DNA from: a virus
Lineage: Duplodnaviria; Caudoviricetes
Reading direction: 5' to 3' (one strand)
IMG/VR virus record: IMGVR_UViG_3300032319_000568
Span: 1-64,000 of that record
DNA: 64,000 nt
A program made the position numbers and the translations under genes. Shown piece by piece: positions 46,022 through 54,866 of this stretch (within the stretch, counting starts at the first letter, position 1; each line of letters begins with the position of its first letter). The notes beneath the pieces were generated by a model, which worked only from the letters and a program-made list of their open reading frames with translations, was not told the DNA's origin and did no database searches.

Positions 46022-47339
46022 TTTCTTTAATATAATCTAAATTCTCTTGTGTCAATGTCGGTGAAGATCCTAAAAAGAATACATTACCCAGTACGTTCGT
46101 AGCGTTTGGATAATTCTTCCAACTTTCAAGATGTGTGTATGCTGGATGCAATAGAATATTACCAGCAAAATAGTTTCTGGTTTGAATTCCTTTGGTTTCC
46201 AAGTAATTAACCAATTTAGACTTTTGATTAAACGATTCACAAATTACAGGTACACCAAACCAAGATACGTCCGATTTGTCATATTTTGATGGGAATTTTA
46301 ATCCTTTAATCGAAGAAAGTATATTTTGAATTAGATCTTTATTCTTCTTTCTAGCTTCGTGAATACGATCTGCTTTCTTTAATTGAGCCAATCCTATTCC
46401 ACCTTGCAAATCAAGTGGTTTTAGATTGTAACCAATCTGTGAGAAAAAGTACTTATGATCTATTTCATATGGAAGTTCCTTGATCCATTGGCTAAATCTA
46501 CAATTACAACTACCATTCTTCAACAAATTAGCAGGTCCAACACAAAAACAATCTCGTCCCCACCAAGCAAATGTTCTAGCTAATTTAACAATCTCTTCAA
46601 TATTAGAAGACACCATACCACCTTCGCCAGTAGTAATATGATGTGCTGGATAAAAACTACAACTTGTGGCAATGGCATATTCATCCAAATGTTTACCATT
46701 CCACTTACTACCATAACTATCACAACCATCCATAATAATTTCTAGATTGTGTGCTTTTGAAATCTCAATAAGCCTATCCATATCAGGTGGATTGCCTAAT
46801 ACAGGCGATACAAATATAGCTTTAGTATTTGGAGTGATCTTTTTTATTAATTCATCCAAATCAAAGTTTAATGTATTATATTCAATATCTACAAATACAG
46901 GTTTTAGACCTGCTTGAATTACTGGATTAAGTGTGGTGGGAAATCCTACTACAGAAATTAAAATTTCATCATTTGAAGTCCATTTAAAGTATTGTTTTAG
47001 TGCAGCAATCATTACCAGATTTGCTGAACTACCTGAATTTACCATTACCGAATATTTTTGATTAACAGTTTTGCTAAATTCTCTTTCAAACTGATATACC
47101 TTTTCGCCACTAACAAACCACTTACCAAATAACAGAGAATCAATTGCTTCGGTCAATTCTTCTTCGTCCATCAGTGGGCCTGAATAATATACTTTATCTT
47201 TAGCTCCTTTAAGATTATGACAATATTCAGGTATAAATTGTGTTTTTTGTACTTCTCTTATAAAATTCTTGATTAGTTCTTTTTTATTCATATTTCTGTA
47301 AATAACATTTATACTCTGAGTTTGGCAATTTATCAACAA
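45999..47339 (-). CDS. rfbH: RfbH/DdhC-type NDP-4-keto-6-deoxyglucose 3-dehydratase
   Basis: NSGSSAN, SFYPAHHITTGEGG (His at the Lys position), GRDCFC...C...HKY; start probably 47291. Confidence 0.88.
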   Translation of the reverse strand: MLINCQTQSINVIYRNMNKKELIKNFIREVQKTQFIPEYCHNLKGAKDKVYYSGPLMDEEELTEAIDSLLFGKWFVSGEKVYQFEREFSKTVNQKYSVMVNSGSSANLVMIAALKQYFKWTSNDEILISVVGFPTTLNPVIQAGLKPVFVDIEYNTLNFDLDELIKKITPNTKAIFVSPVLGNPPDMDRLIEISKAHNLEIIMDGCDSYGSKWNGKHLDEYAIATSCSFYPAHHITTGEGGMVSSNIEEIVKLARTFAWWGRDCFCVGPANLLKNGSCNCRFSQWIKELPYEIDHKYFFSQIGYNLKPLDLQGGIGLAQLKKADRIHEARKKNKDLIQNILSSIKGLKFPSKYDKSDVSWFGVPVICESFNQKSKLVNYLETKGIQTRNYFAGNILLHPAYTHLESWKNYPNATNVLGNVFFLGSSPTLTQENLDYIKEIVEKYEN

Positions 47340-48126
47340 CTTTTTTAAGTTGTGTTTTATTGATTAACCCTTTATTGTAACATTCTTCTTCAATACATCC
47401 AATTCTTATGCCTTGTCTTTCTTGGATCGTTTTAACATATGCTGCACTTTGAAACAATGTGTCTGGTTGACCAGCATCTAACCAGGCAGTACCTCTTGGG
47501 AATTTAATTACGTCTATACCACCATCATTTAGATAAGCGTTCATGACATCCACAATTTCTAGTTCACCACGACTGGATGGTTTGAGAGATTTACTAAATT
47601 TAATCACTCGATTATCAAAGAAATATAAACCTGGAATAGCAAATTTACTTTTAGGATGTTTTGGCTTTTCTTCTATACTAATAACTTTGTTGTTTTCGTC
47701 AAATTCTACGACTGCATAATCATGTGGATTGTTAACTTCATAAGCAAAAACTAAAGCTCCATTGAAATTTGTTTTGACTCTATTCATACCATGAAAAATA
47801 TTATCACCGAGAATAAGCGATACATTATCATTTTTAATAAAGTCTTCGGCTATAATGAAGGATTCAGCAATACCACTTGGTTTGTATTGTATTTTATAAG
47901 TTATTTCTAATCCTAAATGATTTCCATTGCCAAATAACTTTTCATACATAGGCAAATAATCAGGTGTAGAAATAATGCAAATTTCACGTATACCACATGA
48001 TATTATCGTGCTTAATGGATAATAAATCATTGGTTTATCATAAACAGGCAATAGCTGCTTATTAACAGTTGTGGTTAATGGATATAGTCTGCTACCAGTG
48101 CCTCCTGACAATATAATACCTTTCAT
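47284..48126 (-). CDS. rfbA: Glucose-1-phosphate thymidylyltransferase
   Basis: GGTGSRLYPLT..NKQLLPVYDKP, LILGDN, EKP, RGELEI. Confidence 0.95.
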   Translation of the reverse strand: MKGIILSGGTGSRLYPLTTTVNKQLLPVYDKPMIYYPLSTIISCGIREICIISTPDYLPMYEKLFGNGNHLGLEITYKIQYKPSGIAESFIIAEDFIKNDNVSLILGDNIFHGMNRVKTNFNGALVFAYEVNNPHDYAVVEFDENNKVISIEEKPKHPKSKFAIPGLYFFDNRVIKFSKSLKPSSRGELEIVDVMNAYLNDGGIDVIKFPRGTAWLDAGQPDTLFQSAAYVKTIQERQGIRIGCIEEECYNKGLINKTQLKKVVDKLPNSEYKCYLQKYE

Positions 48127-48169
48127 CCAAAATATATATTTTTTATTTCAGTAATTTAATTTTTTTATC

Positions 48170-48198
48170 TTGACTTATTAAAATATAGAAAGTATAAT
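48170..48198 (+). promoter_or_regulatory. sigma70-like promoter
   Basis: TTGACT-N17-TATAAT. Confidence 0.65.
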
Positions 48199-48299
48199 GC
48201 TTTTATAGTAAGCGCTTAGTTGCTTGATATGCTTAATACTAATTAATTAAATATAAATTATAATATATGCTTAATATAAGCTAAAAAATAGTTACTAAT

Positions 48300-48884
48300 A
48301 TGGGAATGTATGATGACATAATTTGCAAATATCCGCTTCCACTGCCTCAAGATACTAAAGGATATATTCCTAATGGGTTTCAAACCAAGGATTTGGATAA
48401 TGATTTAGATTGTTATGAAATTCGTGAAGATGGCACACTATGGTTGCGTGAATGTGAACGAGAATATACAGAAGGCGATCCAAACGGTAAAACATTGTTT
48501 GAAAAGTTTGGAATGGTAAAAGAAACCAAAGTTTGGTGGACACATGTAAAAACAACTAGCACCATACACATGTATGATTATAACAATTACAGTGATGGAC
48601 CATATGACTATTGGGTTGAATTTGAAATTGTATTTATTGACGGAGTTATTGACAAGATTAAACTAATTAAGTTTGACGCAATGGATAATACTGAAAGAAA
48701 AGAACTCCACAAACATCATATTGAAGAACTTAAAAAGAACAAAGAGTTTGAATCTACCAATCTTTATAAATTAATCATCAAACCATATAATAAGGTTATA
48801 CGATTTATCTGTAGATTTATATATAGTTTTGGTTCATTTTTGATTGCTAGTGTTTGGAAATTAGAACGTAAACTAATTGTATGA
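48300..48884 (+). CDS. Hypothetical phage protein
   Basis: MGMYDDI..., FQTKDL motif. Confidence 0.7.
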   Translation: MGMYDDIICKYPLPLPQDTKGYIPNGFQTKDLDNDLDCYEIREDGTLWLRECEREYTEGDPNGKTLFEKFGMVKETKVWWTHVKTTSTIHMYDYNNYSDGPYDYWVEFEIVFIDGVIDKIKLIKFDAMDNTERKELHKHHIEELKKNKEFESTNLYKLIIKPYNKVIRFICRFIYSFGSFLIASVWKLERKLIV

Positions 48885-49123
48885 AAGAAGATTCTGTATT
48901 TTTAATGTGCGATTGTCATTCCCACGCTCTTTATATTGAAAAATTTAAAGATGAAGAGGAAATCTGCATCAGTTTATTTGAACTAGGTTATAATGGCAAA
49001 AGAATGACTTGGTTTGAAAGATTAAAATGGTGTTACCGCATATTAAGATATGGACATCCGTGGACAGACAGTGTTATTCTAAATATAGAAAACCAAAAAC
49101 AATTAAAAGAATTTTTAGAATGA
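48881..49123 (+). CDS. Hypothetical protein
   Basis: CDCHSH; ATGA overlaps. Confidence 0.6.
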   Translation: MKEDSVFLMCDCHSHALYIEKFKDEEEICISLFELGYNGKRMTWFERLKWCYRILRYGHPWTDSVILNIENQKQLKEFLE

Positions 49124-49386
49124 AATTTAAGAATTTTGAAGGAATAGAATATACAGTGAATTATAACAAACCACATCCTAGGTTAAGAGCTTCTGGTTTA
49201 TGTGATAATCCTGATATAAAAAATCCCGAAATACTTGTTGATCCCACGTTAAAAACTCGTAGACAACTCAATGTGTTAATTGAAGAAGTATTTCATGCAC
49301 ATTTGTACGATTTACCAGAAAAGAAAGCACGAAAATTTGCTGCTAATCTTGGCAAATTAATCTATAGCCGATTTATAAAAAAATGA
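49120..49386 (+). CDS. Zincin-like small protein
   Basis: GLCD...LIEEVFHAH; ATG 49120. Confidence 0.55.
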   Translation: MKFKNFEGIEYTVNYNKPHPRLRASGLCDNPDIKNPEILVDPTLKTRRQLNVLIEEVFHAHLYDLPEKKARKFAANLGKLIYSRFIKK

Positions 49387-49547
49387 ATAAATTATATAAA
49401 GTTATAGACTTGATAATCGGATTACTATTTGGTAGTATATTTGCAATAGGACTATTGTTAGTACTCACAATATCCTTTGTGGTACTAATTCCATTTATGT
49501 TTTATTTCACAGTAAGAGAAGTACTAAAACAATTAACAAAAAAATAA
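49383..49547 (+). CDS. Small membrane protein (54 aa)
   Basis: Manual translation; long hydrophobic stretch; fills the gap between neighbours. Confidence 0.55.
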   Translation: MNKLYKVIDLIIGLLFGSIFAIGLLLVLTISFVVLIPFMFYFTVREVLKQLTKK

Positions 49548-49548
49548 T

Positions 49549-50070
49549 ATGAACAAAATAAGCGAAAACATCATAGTTACATACGCGAAAGCATTGCGTA
49601 GAATTCAAACAGAACAAATCGATCCATACATTGATCTAATTGAAAAAGAACTAATTAAACTTTATCCTGAGTTGAAAGATCGTGAAGATAATGCTTTGAA
49701 TTGGTCATATGACATTCTTAATGCCGAATCTAATACTGAAGTAGTGGAAACTCTAACCAGATTAGAAAAGATTATTACTGATGAACGAAAAGAAAAGTGG
49801 GTATGCGGTTATTGTGGTAAAAACACTTTTGATGATGATATCGATTATCTTTTTGGCACAAATCATATTGGATGTGCATTAGAAGAAGATATTAAGAATC
49901 GAGAACATTCAGATCCAGACTACATTTTAGATTCAAACCTCAGAAAAATCAACGAACTTGAAAACGAACTACGACATACTAAACGGGATCTTGTTAATCT
50001 GGAGCTAAAATTTGAACGGCTACGAGTAGTCTACTCACAAGTCGGTTATCCACACGAACCAACTAACTAA
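49549..50070 (+). CDS. Hypothetical protein
   Basis: ORF, coiled-coil-like C-terminus. Confidence 0.65.
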   Translation: MNKISENIIVTYAKALRRIQTEQIDPYIDLIEKELIKLYPELKDREDNALNWSYDILNAESNTEVVETLTRLEKIITDERKEKWVCGYCGKNTFDDDIDYLFGTNHIGCALEEDIKNREHSDPDYILDSNLRKINELENELRHTKRDLVNLELKFERLRVVYSQVGYPHEPTN

Positions 50071-50076
50071 AACATC

Positions 50077-50103
50077 AAGCGTACCAAGTGGTACGCTTTT
50101 TTT
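50077..50103 (+). terminator. Intrinsic terminator
   Basis: AAGCGTACC-AAGT-GGTACGCTT then T-run. Confidence 0.8.
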
Positions 50104-50104
50104 A

Positions 50105-50133
50105 TTGACATCCACCAAATCGTCGTGTATACT
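50105..50133 (+). promoter_or_regulatory. sigma70-like promoter
   Basis: TTGACA-N17-TATACT. Confidence 0.7.
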
Positions 50134-50141
50134 TTTTATAT

Positions 50142-50394
50142 ATGATTAAATGTGGATGTGGCAATGAAATTCATTCTGAACGATACGAACTTGGTTACAA
50201 GATTTGTTTATCATGTGGTGACAAATCTGTTAAACGTAGTCAAAAGTTTGGATATTTACATTTTGTGACACAAAACAGCCGGTAGCATTGTGATTACTTC
50301 AAAGAAAGCATTTGACAATTATACTAAAGTTTCATACCACAAAGGAAAAGCTAGTAACATGGCATATGCCAGTCGTTTGAGCACTTCTTTTTAA
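50142..50394 (+). pseudogene. Zn-finger protein with apparent 1-nt frameshift near 50265
   Basis: MIKCGCG...ICLSCG frame stops at 50285; shifted frame continues HKTAGSIVITSKK...F to 50394. Confidence 0.5.
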
Positions 50395-50406
50395 TATTTA
50401 TATAAC

Positions 50407-50658
50407 ATGACTGCATCATTCTATAAGACAGTATATCAACGTAAATTCAAAGAAATGCCACGTTGGAAACAGTTGGCAATTGTAGAGGATAGTACCCGCA
50501 ATAATTGGAGTGGTCTACTTACAGATTTTGTTAAAGCTGTAATCGAAGAAGCTGAAAAAGAGTATGCTAACTCCAAATCAACAGTTGCAAACACTCCAAA
50601 TAAATACGTGTCCGAAACTGATAATAAGTCCAAAAAGATAATCAAGAAAAAGAATTGA
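50407..50658 (+). CDS. Hypothetical protein
   Basis: ORF with upstream ATATTTATA. Confidence 0.6.
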   Translation: MTASFYKTVYQRKFKEMPRWKQLAIVEDSTRNNWSGLLTDFVKAVIEEAEKEYANSKSTVANTPNKYVSETDNKSKKIIKKKN

Positions 50659-50683
50659 CTTATTATAAAGTTCGTGGTATAGT
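50655..50683 (+). promoter_or_regulatory. sigma70-like promoter
   Basis: TTGACT-N17-TATAGT. Confidence 0.65.
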
Positions 50684-50692
50684 AAGCTTACT

Positions 50693-51235
50693 ATGAATGT
50701 TTTGGATCATTTGAAGAACAGTACTGTGGACGATATTAAGTCCTATTGTAAAAACAACTGTATTGATGCTAGCGTTGCTATGATGCACGTTAATCGAGAT
50801 TTTAACCTGGCTACACTGGTACGCAATGCCAACTTCTTTGGCTTCAAGGAAGCAATGTATGTAGGTGGTAGCAAACAGTGGGATCGACGTGGTACTGTTG
50901 GTACACATCATTATACAGATTTAAATCACATCAAGACAGAACAAGACTTTGTTAAGTACATTAAAGATAACGGTTATACACTATTAGCAGTGGAAAATAA
51001 TATCCCCAAGTATTATGATAAGACAGTTTCTATTTTTAATCAGTGGGTATTCTGTGGTATAACCAAACCAATGTTTGTATTTGGCGAAGAAAAGAGTGGA
51101 TTGAGTGATTATATTCTTGACAACGCTGAAACTGTCATCACTATTCCAGAATTTGGAAGTGTTCGTTCGCTTAATGTGGGTACCACTAGCGGAATCATTA
51201 TGTCATTTTATCGCAACTATATCGATAACAACTAA
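50693..51235 (+). CDS. SpoU/TrmH-family (SPOUT) RNA methyltransferase
   Basis: N..FNL..LVR.A..FG, VFGEEKSGL, IP..G..RSLNV. Confidence 0.9.
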   Translation: MNVLDHLKNSTVDDIKSYCKNNCIDASVAMMHVNRDFNLATLVRNANFFGFKEAMYVGGSKQWDRRGTVGTHHYTDLNHIKTEQDFVKYIKDNGYTLLAVENNIPKYYDKTVSIFNQWVFCGITKPMFVFGEEKSGLSDYILDNAETVITIPEFGSVRSLNVGTTSGIIMSFYRNYIDNN

Positions 51236-51248
51236 AATAATAAATAAT

Positions 51249-51461
51249 ATGAGTACAAAGTATGTAATGAAGAAAAACAATAAGATTGGTTATACAAAAG
51301 ACATGGGATCCACTGCATATGCACATGATTTCGATGGTCGTCCCTGTGGATACTACATGCGAAGTAGCAATACCACTTTTGATAAGAATGGTCGTGTTTA
51401 TGGCAGTGGAAATCTGACTGAAGCTCTGGTGTATGAAGAAGCTGCAAAAAATGGTCGATAA
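51249..51461 (+). CDS. Hypothetical protein
   Basis: ATG 51249 within track ORF 51105-51461. Confidence 0.55.
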   Translation: MSTKYVMKKNNKIGYTKDMGSTAYAHDFDGRPCGYYMRSSNTTFDKNGRVYGSGNLTEALVYEEAAKNGR

Positions 51462-51467
51462 AAAGAT

Positions 51468-51495
51468 TTGACATTTTCTAAAACCGTGGTAAGAT
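51468..51495 (+). promoter_or_regulatory. sigma70-like promoter
   Basis: TTGACA-N16-TAAGAT with GG before the -10. Confidence 0.6.
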
Positions 51496-51534
51496 AAATT
51501 TGTAGTCGGTTAACATTAACAAAAATTAAAAAAT

Positions 51535-51804
51535 ATGAACAAGACAGGCCGTAAGGCAACCGCAGTAAACGAAATCACAGATCGCAATTTTACTATTGTT
51601 GATCTAGCTAACATCAACTCCACCGTTAAAACGCCGACAATTCGGATGCATATTAAACGAAGTGTGACTGCTGGACGATATAAGATCTCCGGATCACAGA
51701 AGACTGGTAAGCGTGGTAAGCCAAGTATTGTGTATACATACAATTCAACTCCCACTGTTACCGCAACCAACACCGTTGAATCTACTCAGACTTCTACAAA
51801 TTAA
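51535..51804 (+). CDS. Small basic hypothetical protein
   Basis: ORF; KTGKRGKPSIVY. Confidence 0.6.
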   Translation: MNKTGRKATAVNEITDRNFTIVDLANINSTVKTPTIRMHIKRSVTAGRYKISGSQKTGKRGKPSIVYTYNSTPTVTATNTVESTQTSTN

Positions 51805-51881
51805 ACAGCACAAAGATTGGGGATTGATAAAAAAGCTTGTTAATCCCTTTTTCTACCACTATTTATTTTTAAAAGTAGTAT

Positions 51882-52037
51882 ATGGGAAAGTCATTCAAAG
51901 ATCGGCGTACACGCAGCGAAGGAAATTGTCGCAACAAATCAACCAAAAAGGTTAACAAAAAGTGGCAAAACACTGAGGTTAAACCATCACGGTTCAATTC
52001 AAAATATGAAGACGAAGACAACGCAAACAGTTATTAA
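51882..52037 (+). CDS. Small basic protein (51 aa)
   Basis: Manual translation MGKSFKDRRTRSEG...; upstream CTATTTATT. Confidence 0.5.
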   Translation: MGKSFKDRRTRSEGNCRNKSTKKVNKKWQNTEVKPSRFNSKYEDEDNANSY

Positions 52038-52188
52038 TAATCTCAAATCAAAAATCACAGATCGAAAACTACAACTAACAGATCTATACGCGGAATATTA
52101 CTATAAAGCTGCTATCAAACAAACAGTAGACGAAAAGATTGGCGTTGAACCAAATCGTGATCTACTACACTACGTCGAAAAAAATTAA
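52006..52188 (+). CDS. Hypothetical protein
   Basis: ORF. Confidence 0.5.
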   Translation: MKTKTTQTVINNLKSKITDRKLQLTDLYAEYYYKAAIKQTVDEKIGVEPNRDLLHYVEKN

Positions 52189-52212
52189 ATTAAACATTTA
52201 AATAAAAGTTAT

Positions 52213-52500
52213 ATGAAAGACACTACACTCAAGCAGTTGGTACGTGACCGCAATGGTCAACCCCGTGGTATGGTTGTTGCCACAGTAATTGATAATACTA
52301 TCCGATTCGGTTGGAGTCATACCAATACAAAAGCGGGTGATCGATTTGATAAATGCAAAGCACTCACTATTGCTCTAGGTCGAGCTGAAAATGGTTGGGG
52401 TCCAAAAACAATTGTGCCTGTATCTACAGCCAAGATTCTAAATAAGATGATTGATCGATCCGTTCGTTATTACAAGAACGTTCCAGTCTACGGTATTTAA
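52213..52500 (+). CDS. Hypothetical phage protein
   Basis: FGWS....GDRFDK..ALTIALGRA. Confidence 0.65.
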   Translation: MKDTTLKQLVRDRNGQPRGMVVATVIDNTIRFGWSHTNTKAGDRFDKCKALTIALGRAENGWGPKTIVPVSTAKILNKMIDRSVRYYKNVPVYGI

Positions 52501-52517
52501 TTCAAATATTTATAAAC

Positions 52518-52850
52518 GTGGACAAATATATTACCGACAATTTTACTGGGTCAATTGACGATCTATTAAATCATTGTTCTAATCTAGATACTTCAAAAGT
52601 TGAAGAACAAGTCAACACCGAAGAAAAAGAAGCCTGTATTCAAATAATCATGAAAGAACTTGAATGTAATGAAACCGAAGCAGAAGTTATCTATAACGAC
52701 CTCGTGGCGGCCGAAGTTAAAGAAACAGTTGACAAGATGGTAACAGAAGGTCTACTATATGTATCTGGTCACAACGAAGACGGTGAACCACTGTTTCAGC
52801 TAACTGAACTTGGTAAAGATGTTCGTAACAAACTGGGTGACGGTAAGTAA
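52518..52850 (+). CDS. Hypothetical acidic protein
   Basis: GTG start after ATATTTATA. Confidence 0.6.
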   Translation: MDKYITDNFTGSIDDLLNHCSNLDTSKVEEQVNTEEKEACIQIIMKELECNETEAEVIYNDLVAAEVKETVDKMVTEGLLYVSGHNEDGEPLFQLTELGKDVRNKLGDGK

Positions 52851-52869
52851 GTAAAAACTATATTATAAC

Positions 52870-52950
52870 GCTCCGGTAATGGCGGGGACTTCTAAGCCCT
52901 AAGTGCATAATTGGATGAAAATGGGGGTTCAACTCCCTCCCGGAGCGCCA
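52870..52950 (+). tRNA. Atypical tRNA-Arg(UCU)-like RNA without a D stem
   Basis: GCTCCGG/CCGGAGC acceptor + GCCA; T arm GGGGG-TTCAACT-CCCTC; loop CT-TCT-AA; 7 nt replace the D arm; 22-nt variable region. Confidence 0.65.
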
Positions 52951-53011
52951 TTTTTGATCATATTCATAAATTTGTATATATTTATATGTTCAAACTTCTA
53001 TTAAAAAGAAG

Positions 53012-53039
53012 TTGATTCTTTGAAAATTTGCGGTAAGAT
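53012..53039 (+). promoter_or_regulatory. Promoter (TAAGAT class)
   Basis: TTGATT-N16-TAAGAT. Confidence 0.5.
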
Positions 53040-53056
53040 AAAGAAGTAATAAGTAT

Positions 53057-53159
53057 TTCGTTCTTTCAGCATGGTGGGAGAAGCACTCCTCTGGAACATC
53101 TACGAATGGCGGAACTGCCTCGGCCTTTAACCGAAGGGGGTCACCAACGAAAGAATGAA
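53057..53159 (+). ncRNA. Candidate structured ncRNA (about 103 nt)
   Basis: 11-bp closing stem TTCGTTCTTTC/GAAAGAATGAA, inner TGGTG/CACCA and two hairpins. Confidence 0.5.
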
Positions 53160-53166
53160 ATGATAG

Positions 53167-53194
53167 TTGACAACAAAAGAATGTGTGGTAAGAT
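53167..53194 (+). promoter_or_regulatory. Promoter (TAAGAT class)
   Basis: TTGACA-N16-TAAGAT. Confidence 0.65.
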
Positions 53195-53228
53195 AAAAAA
53201 GTAGTAAGTTCTTTAACAAATTTTTAAT

Positions 53229-53305
53229 GGCCTTGTAGCTCAGTTGGTAGTAGCAGAAGCCTTTTAAGCTTTTGGTCGTGGGTTCGAGTCCCACCGGGGC
53301 CACCA
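53229..53305 (+). tRNA. tRNA-Lys(UUU)
   Basis: Full cloverleaf, loop CT-TTT-AA, encoded CCA. Confidence 0.93.
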
Positions 53306-53312
53306 TTTTAAC

Positions 53313-53387
53313 GGTCTGTTCGTCTATCGGCTAGGACTCCGGATTTTCACTCCGGTAAGAGGGGTTCGATTCCCCTACAGACTACCA
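53313..53387 (+). tRNA. tRNA-Glu(UUC)
   Basis: Full cloverleaf, loop TT-TTC-AC, encoded CCA. Confidence 0.93.
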
Positions 53388-53394
53388 CTTTGTA

Positions 53395-53650
53395 CGTACA
53401 AACATATGTGAGTGTAGGACACTTTAAATAAGGCAAAACATATTAAGCGCATGTGTTTAATATAAAGTAGCAGCATATGAAATTTTATGTTTGGTTGTTT
53501 AACTAGGAAAAACAACTTGGTGGAGGGCGTTAAACCATAACACCCCTAGAGTATGGAAGATCTCTTAAAAAACTTCTTGGTTGCGGGCTTAGCAAGTGGT
53601 ATACTTTGTTTGTTGGGTGGATAGAGTATTCAATAAAACACACCCAACTA
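53395..53650 (+). ncRNA. Candidate structured ncRNA (about 255 nt)
   Basis: No ORF; hairpins AGTGT/ACACT, GTTGTTT/AAACAAC, TTGC/GCAA, GTTGGGTG/CACCCAAC. Confidence 0.45.
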
Positions 53651-53676
53651 GATTTTTAAGATAGTTCTTTAAAATT

Positions 53677-53763
53677 TGCGGAGTGTGAGAAGTCAGGTAT
53701 CTCAACGGTTTCATAATCCGTCGCCTATGTGCCTCGCAGGTTCAAATCCTGCCTCCGCTACCA
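53677..53763 (+). tRNA. tRNA(CAU), initiator-like (1:72 mismatch), long variable region
   Basis: Loop TT-CAT-AA; T arm GCAGG-TTCAAAT-CCTGC; CCA. Confidence 0.8.
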
Positions 53764-53770
53764 TTTCAAT

Positions 53771-53842
53771 GGCTGGGGCTTCAGCAAGCGAGATTCTTTC
53801 ATACGGAATCTTTAATGAGGGCAGCACTCATACCAGCTACCA
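53771..53842 (+). tRNA. tRNA(CAU) with non-canonical T loop
   Basis: Loop TT-CAT-AC; T arm ATGAG-GGCAGCA-CTCAT; CCA. Confidence 0.7.
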
Positions 53843-53866
53843 TTTTAGTTCTTTAACAAAACAATT

Positions 53867-53938
53867 TGCAGATTGGTGTAATGGCAACACAATACGCTCA
53901 TAACGTATAGTTCACGTTCAAGTCGTGGTCTGCTCCCA
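53867..53938 (+). tRNA. tRNA(CAU) (Met or Ile2)
   Basis: ATACG-CTCATAA-CGTAT; T arm CACG-TTCAAGT-CGTG; CCA. Confidence 0.75.
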
Positions 53939-53944
53939 TTTAGT

Positions 53945-54038
53945 GGTTCCGTAGTTTAACGGTAGAACGCAACGCTTATAACGTTGATAAGCTCTAGATT
54001 TGAGCACGGTCTCGGTTCGAATCCGGGCGGAACCACCA
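53945..54038 (+). tRNA. tRNA-Ile(UAU) with long variable arm
   Basis: CAACG-CTTATAA-CGTTG; variable hairpin GCTC/GAGC; CCA. Confidence 0.85.
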
Positions 54039-54101
54039 TTTTTAATAGTTCATTGAAAATTAAAATTAAATTGGTAGACAAAATAATTTGTATTTTGAGT
54101 T

Positions 54102-54827
54102 GTGTCTACCATATATATTCATATGAATAAATTATGTGAATATGGATGTGGATTGCCAGCAATTAATCAACTAAAAAATGGAAAGTTTTGTTGTTCAAAA
54201 CACAACAATAGTTGTCCTGAAAATAAAAAGAAAAACGCTGAAGGATTGAAACAATCATATGAAAGTGGGGTTAGAAAACCAGCTGGATATGTTTATGAAA
54301 AATTATCTGATGATGTAAAGAAAAGAATGGCGTGGTCTAGAGGTAAATCATCTTATGATGACACTAGAATAAAAAACAAATATTCAGATGACCAAATTTT
54401 TAAAGAAAATACAACCATTTCAAATAAAGTTGTAAAAAGCAGATTAATGTCAAATCCAAATTTTGAACATAAGTGTGAGTTATGTTCTACTAAAGAATGG
54501 TATGACCCTTTTGAAAGTAAAACTAAGCCAGTAAATCTAGAATTAGACCATATAAATGGCAATGAAAGAGACAACAGAAAAGAAAATTTAAGATTGATTT
54601 GTTCTAATTGTCATAGTTTTACTCCTACATATAAAGGGAGAAACATTAATAAATTTCTAAATCGGGGCGATAGAAAAGTTTCTGATGAAATTCTTTTACA
54701 AGAGTTGAAAACAAAAAATATAAGACAATCTTTAATTTCAGTAGGATTATGTGCTTCTGGTGAAAATTATGAAAGATGTAAAATTTTGAAAAGTCAGTTG
54801 ACTTCAGAAGAAAATGTGGTAAGATGA
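54102..54827 (+). CDS. Free-standing HNH homing endonuclease
   Basis: CELC...LELDHING...NLRLICSNCH; probable ATG 54123. Confidence 0.88.
   Translation: MSTIYIHMNKLCEYGCGLPAINQLKNGKFCCSKHNNSCPENKKKNAEGLKQSYESGVRKPAGYVYEKLSDDVKKRMAWSRGKSSYDDTRIKNKYSDDQIFKENTTISNKVVKSRLMSNPNFEHKCELCSTKEWYDPFESKTKPVNLELDHINGNERDNRKENLRLICSNCHSFTPTYKGRNINKFLNRGDRKVSDEILLQELKTKNIRQSLISVGLCASGENYERCKILKSQLTSEENVVR
54798..54825 (+). promoter_or_regulatory. Promoter (TAAGAT class) inside the 3' end of the HNH gene
   Basis: TTGACT-N16-TAAGAT. Confidence 0.6.
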
Positions 54828-54866
54828 AAGAGTAGTAAGTGATGGTTCTTTGTAAGTAATTTAAAT

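Noticed and set aside
48127-48299. Replication origin in the AT-rich divergent gap
   Set aside because: Only a short duplicated TATGCTTAATA; explained adequately by divergent promoters
52890-52900. Amber suppressor (CUA) reading of the atypical tRNA
   Set aside because: The GGG/CCC stem pairs only when the loop is CT-TCT-AA; the CUA register breaks the stem
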